The notes beneath the pieces were generated by a model that was not told the origin of the DNA, searched no databases, and worked only from the letters and a program-made list of their open reading frames with translations. From an uncultured Deinococcales bacterium (GTDB lineage: Bacteria > Deinococcota > Deinococci > Deinococcales > JAAFIG01), in contig CAXTTL010000018.1 of NCBI GenBank assembly GCA_964247135.1, positions 1 to 37,659 on the forward strand: 37,659 nucleotides of DNA. The letters are read 5' to 3'. The position numbers were made by a program, and so were the translations under genes. This document shows, piece by piece, positions 21,916 through 32,184 of this stretch (the first letter of the stretch is position 1; every line of letters begins with the position of its first letter).

Positions 21916-21955
21916 AAACAAAAGCGAGTCTCGAGGTTTAAACCTCGAGACTCGC
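21916..21955 (-). terminator. Terminator containing a perfect 32-bp palindrome
   Basis: GCGAGTCTCGAGGTTT|AAACCTCGAGACTCGC (21924-21955) followed on the minus strand by TTTTGTTT. Confidence 0.75.
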
Positions 21956-21968
21956 CTCAAACCAAAAC

Positions 21969-23408
21969 TCAGGCTTTGTTTGGAACGCTGATGGTCAGAC
22001 GGTGCAAACCACTGGCGGCTTCGGGCAGGCTGTCGCGCTCTTCGCTGCCCTGAACCACACCATCGGCGTAACAACGCACGATAAACTGCCGTCCGCTCTT
22101 GATGTCTCCAAGGTCAGCCTTGCCAGCCTCTGCCGTCCAGTCGAGCGTCCACTGGGTCCAAGCCCACTTGCTGCGTTTGGGTTGCAGGGTCGCCTCGAGC
22201 CAAGTATCGCCGCCGTCGGTGGAAACTTCGACCTTGGTGATTTGTTTGTTGCCCGCCGCCGCAATCCCTTTGGCTTTGACGACCTCGCCAGGTTTAAACA
22301 CCAAGCCTCGGGTTGGGTAATCGATCCTCGAGAGTGGCGCGATGAAGGCGGTTTTGCTCCAGCCACGGTTTGCCCAGTAACCTGGTTTTTCTTCGCTTGT
22401 AAAGCTGATTTTGGTCAACCAACGCGGTTGTTTCATGCCAAAACGACCTGGAATCAACACCCGCAATGGAAAACCGTGCTTGTAATTGAGTGGTTCGCCG
22501 TTCATGCTGTAGACCAGCATCACATCCTGCTCGAGCGCATCGCGCAGGGCAATCGATTCGTAAAAACCGTCTTCGGCTTCCCAAGTCACCCATTTTGCGC
22601 CTGGCTGAACGCCGACTTTATCCATCAGGTCCTTAAACTTGAAACCCGTCCAGATGGCGTTGCCGATCAAATCGCCGCCAATCGGGTTGGAAATGCAGCA
22701 CATGGTCAACTCGAGATCGACGGGTTTGAAACTCTTCAGGTCGGCAAGCACAAACTTTTGCGGGGTTTTGACCAGACCATCGACCTCGAGCTTCCAGTTG
22801 TTTTCAGAAATGCGCGGGTCGAGGGCTTCGTTGTTGATCGAAACATAATAAAAATCTTCCTGGCTGGTGAGTCCCTCGAGCAACGGGGTTTTGCTCGAGT
22901 TTGCGGCGGTGACGGCATTGGTTTTGCCGCCCGAGGTGTTGAACAATGGACGCAATGCCCCTGCCACGCCAGCGCCAAACAAGCCAAGCGAAGCCAGACT
23001 TAAGGTGTTCAGCACACCGCGACGTTGCGGGTCGGTCTGAACGGGCGAGAGGGCAAAACGCAAACCAATATAAAGCAGTCCGTACACCAGCGCCCAGATT
23101 GGATTGACGAACAGCAGTGAAACCACCGCAACCACCAAACCGCCAATCATTGGCGGCACCAAACCCAACAAGGTCAGACCGCCGACCCAGACGAACAGCA
23201 CGCCGACAAAAGCAAAAATCTTGCCGCCCTCACCGAAGCCAAAAATCTTGTGCACCAACTGAAACAACGCCGGCACGCCGAGTTGGTAGGTCGCCCAGTT
23301 GTACAGTTTCTCGGCTGGGAACGGGGCGAGGTTGGCGAGTCGCGCCAGCAGTCCGACGGCTGACAGGGCAACGCTGGCAATAAATCCGATCAAGAGTGCA
23401 GGTATCAT
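21969..23408 (-). CDS. Membrane-anchored molybdopterin oxidoreductase, sulfite oxidase family
   Basis: N-terminal TM helices, internal Tat-like QRRGVL, TMCCISNPIGGDLIGNAIWTG, HGFPLRVLIPGRFGMKQPRWL, VEVSTDGG dimerisation domain. Confidence 0.88.
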   Translation of the reverse strand: MIPALLIGFIASVALSAVGLLARLANLAPFPAEKLYNWATYQLGVPALFQLVHKIFGFGEGGKIFAFVGVLFVWVGGLTLLGLVPPMIGGLVVAVVSLLFVNPIWALVYGLLYIGLRFALSPVQTDPQRRGVLNTLSLASLGLFGAGVAGALRPLFNTSGGKTNAVTAANSSKTPLLEGLTSQEDFYYVSINNEALDPRISENNWKLEVDGLVKTPQKFVLADLKSFKPVDLELTMCCISNPIGGDLIGNAIWTGFKFKDLMDKVGVQPGAKWVTWEAEDGFYESIALRDALEQDVMLVYSMNGEPLNYKHGFPLRVLIPGRFGMKQPRWLTKISFTSEEKPGYWANRGWSKTAFIAPLSRIDYPTRGLVFKPGEVVKAKGIAAAGNKQITKVEVSTDGGDTWLEATLQPKRSKWAWTQWTLDWTAEAGKADLGDIKSGRQFIVRCYADGVVQGSEERDSLPEAASGLHRLTISVPNKA

Positions 23409-23476
23409 GATTTAGCATACGCGCATCTGGTGAAAATGGTTCAAACCCAGAACACAAACTTTTTTCTCTCGAAGCT

Positions 23477-24433
23477 CTATTCCCAGCCGCGCTCGTTGTA
23501 CATCGTGTGCCAACGCTCAAGACGCGCATCCAATTCAGCTCGGGCGTCATCGATGTTGGTCAGGATGGTCGCGTCGGGTTCGGCTTTAAACCAGGTTTCT
23601 TGGCGTTTGGCAAGCTGACGGGTCGCCAAGTTGATGCGCCGTTCGACTTCCTCGAGTTGAATCACACCCGTCATGTGGTCTATGGCTTGCTTGTAACCGA
23701 TGGCTTGAAACGAGGTCAGGCGTTTGCCGTCTTTGACAAAATCCAGGCTCAGTTCGGCGGCTTCCATCATCAAACCCGCCTCAATCATGGCTTTGGTTCG
23801 GGCTTGTATTCTGGCTTCAAGCGATCCTCGAGGCGGCAAGAGCACCACTTTGGAATACAAAAATGCGGCTGGCTTTAGGGCAAAAAAACTGGGAGGCTTG
23901 CCCGTGGTGCGGTAAATCTCGAGCGCCCGCAAAACCCGTCTGGGGTTGCGCTCAGTTCGGATGGCATCTTCGGGGCTGGCTCTCTCGAGTTCCGCCAACA
24001 TGACTTCAAGCCCCTTGGCGGCAAGTTCTGCCTCGAGTTGCGCAATTGCATTTTGGTTTGAGGCTGGGGTGGTCGGCAAGCCCTGCGCCAAGCTGCGAAT
24101 GTAAAAACCGGTGCCGCCAACCACCAGTGGAATGCGTTTTCGCTTCAGAATATCGCCGATGGTTTTTTCGGCGTCGTTCACCCAAGCGCTGACGCTGTAA
24201 TCGTCGCCAGGTTCGATCAGGTCGATCATGTGATGCGGAACTTCGCCGCGCTCCTGTGGACCGGGTTTGGCGGTACCAATGTCCATCCCTCGGTAGACCA
24301 TCATGGCGTCGGCGCTGATGATTTCGACGGGGTAACGGGCAGCCATCTCGAGTGACAGTGCGGTTTTGCCGCTGGCGGTCGGTCCCGCGAGGACCGGAAT
24401 GGGCAGGGTTCTGGTGGCGGCGCTTCGAGTCAC
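23477..24433 (-). CDS. miaA: tRNA dimethylallyltransferase
   Basis: GPTASGKT, ISADAMMVYRGMDIGTAKP, VGGTGFY, QAIGYK, AKRQETWF; GTG start after TACAGT-N6. Confidence 0.95.
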   Translation of the reverse strand: MTRSAATRTLPIPVLAGPTASGKTALSLEMAARYPVEIISADAMMVYRGMDIGTAKPGPQERGEVPHHMIDLIEPGDDYSVSAWVNDAEKTIGDILKRKRIPLVVGGTGFYIRSLAQGLPTTPASNQNAIAQLEAELAAKGLEVMLAELERASPEDAIRTERNPRRVLRALEIYRTTGKPPSFFALKPAAFLYSKVVLLPPRGSLEARIQARTKAMIEAGLMMEAAELSLDFVKDGKRLTSFQAIGYKQAIDHMTGVIQLEEVERRINLATRQLAKRQETWFKAEPDATILTNIDDARAELDARLERWHTMYNERGWE

Positions 24434-24623
24434 GTTATTACTGTACCGTTCTGAGCAAAACCACACAATGCCAAAAAACCATTCGTGCCAAAAAACGGTT
24501 AATTCCAAAAAACCGTTATAGTGTTTTCAGGCGAGCCGTTTTCAAATGCTCGCAAATCGAAATCTGCCCGCCACACTCGAGTTTTTTCGGGTGTGGATTT
24601 TTTACCAAATTTTAAGGAGAACC

Positions 24624-25163
24624 ATGCCAAAACCAAATTTATACAACTTGCCCGCCGGCGAAAATGCGCCCGAAATCGTCAATGTGGTGATCGAAGTGCC
24701 ACGCGGCGGCTCGAACAAATACGAGTACGACAAAGACCTCGGCGTGGTGAAGCTTGACCGCGTCTTGTTCGCCAGCATGTCTTACCCTGGCGATTACGGC
24801 TTTATCCCGTCCACCCTCGGCGGCGACGGCGACCCTTTGGACGTGGTGCTGCTTTCGACCCACCCGTTTCATCCTGGCGTGCTGGTCGAGGCTCGAGTGA
24901 TTGGCATGTTGGTCATGAAAGACGACAAGGGTGAGGACGAAAAAATTTTGGCGGTCACCCACAACGACCCACGCTTTACCGACACCATTGAACTCGAGGA
25001 TGTTGCCGCGCACGTGCTGGACGAAATCGAGCACTTTTTTTCGGAGTACAAGACGCTCGAGGGCAAAGCGGTGGAGACCAAAGGTTGGCGGGGACGTTTG
25101 GAAGCGATGGAAGAAATTTTATACTGCATCGAGCGTGGTAAACGCGTGCCAATTGTTGGTTAA
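24624..25163 (+). CDS. ppa: Soluble inorganic pyrophosphatase (family I)
   Basis: KYEYDK, YPGDYGFIPST, DGDPLDV, DEKIL, HFFSEYK; RBS AAGGAG. Confidence 0.96.
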   Translation: MPKPNLYNLPAGENAPEIVNVVIEVPRGGSNKYEYDKDLGVVKLDRVLFASMSYPGDYGFIPSTLGGDGDPLDVVLLSTHPFHPGVLVEARVIGMLVMKDDKGEDEKILAVTHNDPRFTDTIELEDVAAHVLDEIEHFFSEYKTLEGKAVETKGWRGRLEAMEEILYCIERGKRVPIVG

Positions 25164-25326
25164 AAAACCATCGCGGCTCGAGCTTTTAACATCGAAGCCT
25201 TTGTGACTTTTGATGTCTTACAAAGGTTTTTTCGCTTAAATCTTGAGGTGGAAGGTTTTAGCGGTAGCATGTTAAAAGCTGTTGATTCGTCGAGTGAAGA
25301 CTGACTGGATTTCAGAGGAGCGAACC

Positions 25327-26337
25327 ATGCGCGTCTTTCTAACGGGTGGTACAGGTTTCATTGGAAAATCCCTGGTTCAAGCATTGCGACGACGCAATTG
25401 GGAAGTCACCGCGCTGGTGCGTCGCCCTGATAGCCAACAGGCAAAGGAAATTGCACATTTTGGGGCGCAACTTGTAGCTGGGGACGTAACGGATCGTGAA
25501 TCCATGCGGGATGCCATGACGGGGATTGACATTGTGATTCACAATGCTGGCTGGTACGAGTACGGATTGACACCCGAGGGTGCGCGGCAAATGCAACTCA
25601 TAAACGTCGATGGCACAAGAAACGTGCTGAGTTTGGCACTCGAATTGGGCGTTGGTAAAATCGTTCATGTCTCAACTATTGCCGCATTGGGTTTTACGGG
25701 GCAGCGACTCGAGGATGAATCTTTTGAACGTCAGCAGCCGACAACTTCTATTTATGAAGCCACAAAAACTCAAGCGCATGAAATTGCTCGACAATATCAA
25801 CGTCAGGGCGCACCTGTAGTGATTGCCAGTCCAGCCGTTGTCGTTGGTCCTGGCGATCACAGTTCTCTTGGGTATTTGGCTCGACTGTACGTGCGTGGTT
25901 ACGGATTGCCCTTGATGGCAATGGGTCAACGTGCAACCGTATATCTTGATGATTGCGCCCAAGCCATTGCTTTGACCGCCGAGAAAGGGAAAGTCGGCGA
26001 GAATTACATCCTCAGTGGCGGCATTTTGTCTGCCCAAGAGATGTTTGAAGTTTGGAAAACCACGGCTGGCGGTCCAAAATTCACAATTTACTTGCCTAAA
26101 ATTGTTGGCGAACTGGGTTGTAGCCTGCTTGAACCTATGCAAAGGCTGTTCCATTTACCAAACGTGCTCTCGAGGGAAGTTTTCACCACTGGTTCGTTAA
26201 ACTGGTGTTACTCGGGCGCTAAAGCCGAACGCGAATTGAACATGCGTTTTCGGGATGGGCGGCAAGCTTGGCTGGACACACTCGAGGTTGAACGGCAAAG
26301 GGCAAAATCGGGTAAAAGCTGGCGAAATCTTGATTGA
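25327..26337 (+). CDS. NAD-dependent epimerase/dehydratase (extended SDR)
   Basis: FLTGGTGFIG, HNAG, HVST, YEATK (YxxxK); RBS GAGGAG. Confidence 0.88.
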   Translation: MRVFLTGGTGFIGKSLVQALRRRNWEVTALVRRPDSQQAKEIAHFGAQLVAGDVTDRESMRDAMTGIDIVIHNAGWYEYGLTPEGARQMQLINVDGTRNVLSLALELGVGKIVHVSTIAALGFTGQRLEDESFERQQPTTSIYEATKTQAHEIARQYQRQGAPVVIASPAVVVGPGDHSSLGYLARLYVRGYGLPLMAMGQRATVYLDDCAQAIALTAEKGKVGENYILSGGILSAQEMFEVWKTTAGGPKFTIYLPKIVGELGCSLLEPMQRLFHLPNVLSREVFTTGSLNWCYSGAKAERELNMRFRDGRQAWLDTLEVERQRAKSGKSWRNLD

Positions 26338-26642
26338 GTCTTGAGCTTTTATTTTGATTTGTGTCATTTTGGAACATGCCCTACAAGCCCACTACGTATT
26401 GAATACTTCAGATTTGGTTTTGTAGATGGTTGATTAAATCGAGATTTGACGCGAACTTCAACGATATGTTACGCTAATTACAGATTCAATATCATCTTTT
26501 ACTCTCATCGACTAAGTTTTGATCCGTTCAAAGACCAAACTCAGCGCACTCGAGATCAAATTGCTCGAGTACAGGAGAATATTTTCTATCGCAACCAAAC
26601 AATCAGCAATTCGGCTTGCACTCACAAGCCAAAGGAGAACCT

Positions 26643-27098
26643 ATGAACACCGATTTGATCCTCGAGCATTGGATGGGACACCGCCGACTTTCACGCCGCA
26701 CCCTCGAGTTATTCCCCGAAGATCAACTGTTCAGTTTTAGTATTGGCAGTATGCGACCTTACGGCAAACTGGCGCACGAGATGCTGCAATTTATTCCGAC
26801 TTTAAACGGTGTGGTGACTGGCGAATGGAAATGGCAATCGGCACATGATGCTGCCAACAGCAAAGAGGCACTTTTAAAAGCCTGGGACGAAACCGACGCG
26901 CAATTGCTCGAGATTTGGAAGAACGTGACCGTGGATCGTTTGAACGCCATCGAAGCCGACAATTTCTGGATGCCCGAAGCCAGCAGCAACCTCTGGAAAG
27001 TCCAGTATTGGGTGGACAATGAAATCCATCATCGCGGTCAGGGTTATGTTTACTTGCGGGCGCTTGGCATTGAACCACCAGCATTTTGGGAACGCTAA
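26643..27098 (+). CDS. DinB/YfiT-family protein
   Basis: HWMGHRRL, LAHEM, DNEIHHRGQGYVYLRALGIEPP; RBS AAGGAG. Confidence 0.88.
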   Translation: MNTDLILEHWMGHRRLSRRTLELFPEDQLFSFSIGSMRPYGKLAHEMLQFIPTLNGVVTGEWKWQSAHDAANSKEALLKAWDETDAQLLEIWKNVTVDRLNAIEADNFWMPEASSNLWKVQYWVDNEIHHRGQGYVYLRALGIEPPAFWER

Positions 27099-27105
27099 AC
27101 AAAAC

Positions 27106-27150
27106 AAAAACTCGAGCACAGCCGAAATCAATGGCTGTGCTCGAGTTTTT
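27106..27150. terminator. Bidirectional intrinsic terminator
   Basis: AAAAACTCGAGCACAGCC-loop-GGCTGTGCTCGAGTTTTT (18-bp arms). Confidence 0.85.
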
Positions 27151-27394
27151 CATGAGACTTGAAATGCTGAATGGCGAGATCAAAGACTTGCGTCGCCAAT
27201 CGGTCAGCCTTTCAGGGTCCCAAAGCAAGACCTTTCAACACCGTTTGATTCAAAAACAGCTTCATCGACACCGTTAACAATGCGCGACCAGTTGTACTGA
27301 CCTGCAAGTTTACTCGAGCAAAACGCCAACCTCGAGCCGCTTGAATGTGGAGTCTCGGGCGGAGATTGATTTCGTCTCGAGGTCATGCTAATGT

Positions 27395-27419
27395 TTGGTT
27401 ACTTCACAAAGTAAACCAA
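27395..27419. promoter_or_regulatory. Candidate ROK-repressor operator
   Basis: TTGG-TTACTT-CACA-AAGTAA-A-CCAA inverted repeat just upstream of the ROK gene start. Confidence 0.45.
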
Positions 27420-27436
27420 CCAAGAAAGAGTGGACG

Positions 27437-28660
27437 ATGACCTCTAAAGGTGATCCCAGCAGCTTGCGTGCCTTCAACCGACGGGTTGTACTTGACCACG
27501 TGCGACGCATTGGACCAATCAGCCGCACCAGACTGGTCGAATTGACTGGACTGAGCGCTGCCTCGATCACTGGTGTCACCGCCGAACTCATTGAAGACCG
27601 CTGGTTGGTCGAACAAGGTATTGGAGAGGCAGGCTCGAGCGGGGGTCGACGCCCAATTTTCATGGACATCAACTACCAAGCGCACTACGCGGTTGGCTTG
27701 CAACTCAACGGACACGGACATCGTCTCGAGGGTGTCATCACGGATTTGTCCTTAAAGGTGCTCGCACACCTCCGCGAAGACCTGACCGAACACGATCCGA
27801 CCAAAGTGACCGCACAGATCGCGGCACTCTGCAAACGGCTTTACAAACGCGCCAAAGTCTCGAGCGAAGATGTGATTGGCATAGGCATTGGACTCTCCGG
27901 TGTGATCGATGCCTCGCGTGGCATTGCGGTTCATGCACCAGTCTTGGCGTGGCGACAGGTCAACATTGCGCAACTGGTTGGCGAAAAAACCGGGCTGCCA
28001 GTCTGGGTGGACAACGACGTGAACTCGCTCGCCGCTGCCGAAAGGCTGTTCGGACACGCCAAACATGCACGCAATTTTCTGGTCATTGCCATCGGACGCG
28101 GTTTGGGTGCAGCCATCATCTGCAATGGAGAGATTCACCGGGGACGTGATGGCGGCGCGGGCGAATTTGGTCACAACAAAATTCGGATCGGCGGGCGCAG
28201 GTGCAGTTGCGGACAGCGGGGTTGTCTCGAGGCGTACACGATTGAACCAGCACTGCTGGCGCAATTTGTGGCGCGTCACCCGAAGAAAAAAGGCATCGCC
28301 ATCCCAGAACTCGTGCAACTTGCCGAAGCTGGACACCAAGGCGCACTCGAGACCTTGCAAACCGCCGGGACATTGCTCGGATTGCACCTGTCGTACCTGG
28401 TCAACGCCTTCAATCCCGAATTGATCGTTGTCGCTGGCGAGGGGACGGAACTCGGTCCAACGTACTTTGAACCTCTTCGTGAAACCTTGCGGACTCGAGC
28501 CTTTGATGGTCTCGCCAACGAACTGCCCTTGATCGTCGTGCCCTGGCAGGACGACGGTTTCACGCCCTGGACGCAAGGAGCCGCCAGCCTTGTGGTGCAG
28601 CACGCCTTTGACACGGCAGCGCTCGAGAATTTGCAACGCACGCCTCAACTGGCTTTTTGA
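27437..28660 (+). CDS. ROK-family transcriptional regulator (NagC/XylR-like)
   Basis: N-terminal HTH (ISRTRLVELTGLSAASIT), GGRRP, DNDVN, GAGEFGH, CSCGQRGCLE. Confidence 0.93.
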   Translation: MTSKGDPSSLRAFNRRVVLDHVRRIGPISRTRLVELTGLSAASITGVTAELIEDRWLVEQGIGEAGSSGGRRPIFMDINYQAHYAVGLQLNGHGHRLEGVITDLSLKVLAHLREDLTEHDPTKVTAQIAALCKRLYKRAKVSSEDVIGIGIGLSGVIDASRGIAVHAPVLAWRQVNIAQLVGEKTGLPVWVDNDVNSLAAAERLFGHAKHARNFLVIAIGRGLGAAIICNGEIHRGRDGGAGEFGHNKIRIGGRRCSCGQRGCLEAYTIEPALLAQFVARHPKKKGIAIPELVQLAEAGHQGALETLQTAGTLLGLHLSYLVNAFNPELIVVAGEGTELGPTYFEPLRETLRTRAFDGLANELPLIVVPWQDDGFTPWTQGAASLVVQHAFDTAALENLQRTPQLAF

Positions 28661-28709
28661 TGTTTGTCCGCCATTGGACCCAAAGCCCTCAACCTTGAAG
28701 GAGAAGACC

Positions 28710-28765
28710 ATGAAAAACGCTCACTGACCGCCCTCGCTGCGCTCGGCACTGCTGGACTTTTGCCA
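28710..28765 (+). pseudogene. Frameshifted signal-peptide relic of a lost secreted (binding) protein gene
   Basis: AAGGAG RBS plus ATG; adding one A to the A5 run gives MKKRSLTALAALGTAGLL. Confidence 0.45.
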
Positions 28766-28945
28766 AAGCGCGAAGCAGAAAAGTTGTGTTCTGGTCGGTG
28801 CAGAATTTCGGGCAGGGGTTCACTTGAATCATCGAGAAGCTCAGTACCGAAAATAAACATCAAACGAACATGACCTGACAAGAACTTGCAATTAAGTGTG
28901 CAGTGTTGTTCAATAAAAATTACACCACAATCCAAGGAGGTATTC

Positions 28946-30250
28946 ATGTTTATCAGCACATCCCTCAGGCGGGGCGCTCTATTCATCAGCGGCGTGGCTC
29001 TCATGGGTCTCGCGCTCACCGTAGGCAGTATGGCAGCCGACAACCCAGTGACCATCTCGCTCCTGGCTGGCGGCAACGACGCTTCGGCACTTAAGTTTGG
29101 AAATGACCTCGCAAACAAATTCATGGCGGCAAATCCCACGATCAAGGTGACCGTGGAGACCAGACCTGGCGGGACGGACGGCGACAACCTGGTCAAAACG
29201 CGCCTGGCGACGAAGTCCATGAACGATGTCTTCTTTTACAACTCAGGATCGCTGCTACAGGCGCTCAACCCTGACAGCCAACTCGTGGACCAATCGAAAC
29301 AGCCGTGGGCAAAGCTCGTGACAGCGGATTTCAGACAGTCCGTCGGGACCGCGAACGGGATGTACGGCGCTCCCACCTCGAGCACCTTCGACGGTGGCAT
29401 CATGTACAACAAGAAGGTGTACGCGAAACTTGGCTTGAAAGTGCCCACGACCTGGGCAGCGTTCATCAGCAACAGCCAGAAGATCAAGGCGGCGGGCATC
29501 ATTCCGGTGCTCGTTTCATACGGCGATACCTGGACCAGTCAATTGTTCGTCCTGGCTGACTTCGCCAACGTCAGCAAACAGTCACCCGACTGGGCAACAA
29601 GGTATACAGCCAACAAGGCGAAGTACGTGGACCCCCCTGCGCTGGCTGGCTTCACGCACACCGCCGAAATTTTCAGCAAGCAGCTCATGAACAAGGACTT
29701 TGCATCCTTGACCTTCGTCAACGCGCTCAAACTCCTGGCGACTGGAGAGGCAGCCCAGTATCCGATGATCACCGTGGTCATCGGCAACGTCACCCAGTCC
29801 AACCCGGCTCAGGTCAACGACATCGGGTACTTTGCCATGCCAACCGATTCCGGAACGCCTCGCGCCACGGTGTGGGGGGCGGGCGGAGCCTATATTCCGA
29901 AAACCACGACTGGCGACAAACTTGCTGCGGCTGAGAAGCTGGTAGCCTTCCTCAATTCGCCTGCTGGCTGTGATATCCAGAACAACAGCGGTTCGGTGTC
30001 GGGTCCCTACGCCATCAGCACCTGCAAAGTCCCTGCCAATGCGCCAGCCCTCGTTGCCGACGAGCAGAAATACCAGGCACGCAAGCAGACGGGTCTCGCC
30101 CTGGAATTCCTCTCCCCGATCAAGGGACCGAACCTGGAAAAAATTCTCGTTCAGGTTGGATCCGGCATTTCCTCAGCGAAGACCGGAGCGGAATTGTACG
30201 ACCAAGATGTCGTCCAGCAAGCCCAGCAACTCGGAATTCCGGGTTGGTGA
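28946..30250 (+). CDS. Carbohydrate ABC transporter substrate-binding protein (CUT1)
   Basis: RBS AAGGAGG, signal peptide, FMAANPTIKV, YNKKVYAKLGLKVPTTW. Confidence 0.9.
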   Translation: MFISTSLRRGALFISGVALMGLALTVGSMAADNPVTISLLAGGNDASALKFGNDLANKFMAANPTIKVTVETRPGGTDGDNLVKTRLATKSMNDVFFYNSGSLLQALNPDSQLVDQSKQPWAKLVTADFRQSVGTANGMYGAPTSSTFDGGIMYNKKVYAKLGLKVPTTWAAFISNSQKIKAAGIIPVLVSYGDTWTSQLFVLADFANVSKQSPDWATRYTANKAKYVDPPALAGFTHTAEIFSKQLMNKDFASLTFVNALKLLATGEAAQYPMITVVIGNVTQSNPAQVNDIGYFAMPTDSGTPRATVWGAGGAYIPKTTTGDKLAAAEKLVAFLNSPAGCDIQNNSGSVSGPYAISTCKVPANAPALVADEQKYQARKQTGLALEFLSPIKGPNLEKILVQVGSGISSAKTGAELYDQDVVQQAQQLGIPGW

Positions 30251-30355
30251 ACGGATACCGGTTTCGGTAAATCCTTGCCCATTGCACCCTAGGAGGTCGG
30301 TGTCATCTGCCGACCTCCCACCATCTTCACCACCCAAATTCGAGGAGGAGTATCC

Positions 30356-31276
30356 ATGTCGACTGCCACCCCGAAATTGCCAGCGGCGACCCCCACGGAG
30401 CATCAATCGAAGAAACGCCGCATGTGGTCGACGTACCCCACCTGGTTCTTTGTGCCCACAATCGTTCTGTATGTCGTCTTCTTCGCACTTCCGACGTTCT
30501 CGTCGTTCTACTTCTCGCTAACCCGCTGGTCGCTGTTCGATGCCACCTTCATTGGGTTCGGCAATTACGTTCAGTTCTTCAAGAACCCGCAGCTCTACAC
30601 GAGCTTCATCCACACATTGATCTACGCGGCGCTCACCTCAGGAACAAAAGTCGTCCTCGGCTTCCTGATCGCCCTCCTACTCACCTCTCCGGTCATCGGT
30701 CGTGGCTACCTGCGTGCTGTCGTGTTCTTTCCAGTCCTGCTGTCTACCATTGGGGTGGGCATCCTTTTCAAATCTCTGCTTGACCCCTTCCACGGCATCG
30801 TCAACGCCATACTCGGGGTTTTCGGGCTTCCCCAGCCGGGCTGGTTCACCGACCCAAATCTTGCCCTGTACTCCATCGCTGGCGTCGACATCTGGAAGGG
30901 CGTCGGCATCGCCACCCTGATCTTCATGGCTGGCATCGTCGCCATTCCCAGCGAGTACTTCGAGGCAGCCCGAATTGATGGAGCGACCTCGAGGCAAGTG
31001 CTCCGTTCCATCACGATTCCGCTCTCCCGTAACGCGACTGTGACCGTCATCATCCTCTCCTTGATCGGTGGACTTCGATCCTTCGACATCATCTGGGCGA
31101 CCACAGGCGGTGGTCCCGGCTTCACCAGCGACGTTCTCGCCTCCGTGATCTACAAGGAATACCAGGCGGGTTTCTACGGTCTTTCGACGGCTGGCAACGT
31201 CGTCCTGTTCATGGTCGTCACCGCCATCATGGTTCCATTGTCCTACGTTCTCAACCGCAATCAGGTCGATCTATGA
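30356..31276 (+). CDS. Carbohydrate ABC transporter permease
   Basis: FIGFGNY, EAARIDGA (EAA loop), six TM helices. Confidence 0.93.
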   Translation: MSTATPKLPAATPTEHQSKKRRMWSTYPTWFFVPTIVLYVVFFALPTFSSFYFSLTRWSLFDATFIGFGNYVQFFKNPQLYTSFIHTLIYAALTSGTKVVLGFLIALLLTSPVIGRGYLRAVVFFPVLLSTIGVGILFKSLLDPFHGIVNAILGVFGLPQPGWFTDPNLALYSIAGVDIWKGVGIATLIFMAGIVAIPSEYFEAARIDGATSRQVLRSITIPLSRNATVTVIILSLIGGLRSFDIIWATTGGGPGFTSDVLASVIYKEYQAGFYGLSTAGNVVLFMVVTAIMVPLSYVLNRNQVDL

Positions 31277-32106
31277 AACCGAACCAACGGCGTGCTTGGA
31301 TCGTTGGTGTCCTTGCCATCCTGGTATCGATTGTGGTCTTCCTTGTCCCGTTCTCCTTCGTGGTCTTGCAGGCAGCGAAGAGTCCCGCCGAAGCCTCGAG
31401 TCTCGCATATTCCTTGCCATCGAAATGGCAGTTTTTTGAAAACCTGATGACGACCCTGGCTGCAAACGACGGTTTCTTGATTCGGGCACTCATCAACAGC
31501 GCCATCCTGACCGTCAGTTCCGTGACCCTCACGGTCATCATCTCTGCGATGGCGGGTTACGTGCTCGCCCGCAAACAAAGCCGATTGGGACCGCTGGTCA
31601 ACTTTTTCGTGCTCGCCGGATTGATCGTCCCACCGGCGGTCGTGCCCACCATCTGGGTGATGCAGAGCCTGCACCTCTTTGCCACCATGCCTGGCATGAT
31701 TCTCCTGGAAGCCACTTTCGGACTGTCGTTCAGCATCCTGCTCTTTCGGAGCTTTGTCAGCACCGTGCCTCGAGAAATGGACGAGGCGGCGGTTCTGGAC
31801 GGGGCTGGTCCGATCACACTGTTCACCCGAATCGTGCTCCCATTGCTGCGCCCCGTGATCGTGACGGTCATCGTCGTTCAGTCCGTCTTCGTGTTCAACG
31901 ACTTCGCGCTGCCCCTGTATTTCCTGCCCGGAGCGCAGGGTGTGACGGCTCAACTGGCGCTCTTTACCTTTTCGGGTCAGAACTTGAGTTTTTACAACCT
32001 GCTCTTCATGGCGATCCTCATCATTACCATCCCGCCACTTGTGGGTTACGTTTTTTTCAACCGACAGATCGTCGGCGGACTCACGGCTGGCGCGGTGAAG
32101 GGCTGA
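31273..32106 (+). CDS. Carbohydrate ABC transporter permease
   Basis: EMDEAAVLDGA, GLTAGAVKG C-terminus; ATGA overlap with the upstream gene. Confidence 0.93.
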   Translation: MKPNQRRAWIVGVLAILVSIVVFLVPFSFVVLQAAKSPAEASSLAYSLPSKWQFFENLMTTLAANDGFLIRALINSAILTVSSVTLTVIISAMAGYVLARKQSRLGPLVNFFVLAGLIVPPAVVPTIWVMQSLHLFATMPGMILLEATFGLSFSILLFRSFVSTVPREMDEAAVLDGAGPITLFTRIVLPLLRPVIVTVIVVQSVFVFNDFALPLYFLPGAQGVTAQLALFTFSGQNLSFYNLLFMAILIITIPPLVGYVFFNRQIVGGLTAGAVKG

Positions 32107-32184
32107 TGTACCTTGAACGGTTGATGGTCTTTCGACGACGGATCGACTCGAGCACATACTGTTCTATCGTCAGGAGTCACTGAA

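Noticed and set aside
27130-27345. Possible minus-strand gene relic (...STTGRALLTVSMKLFLNQTVLKGLALGP*KADRLATQVFDLAIQHF...)
   Set aside because: No recognisable family and an internal stop; cannot be supported without a search.
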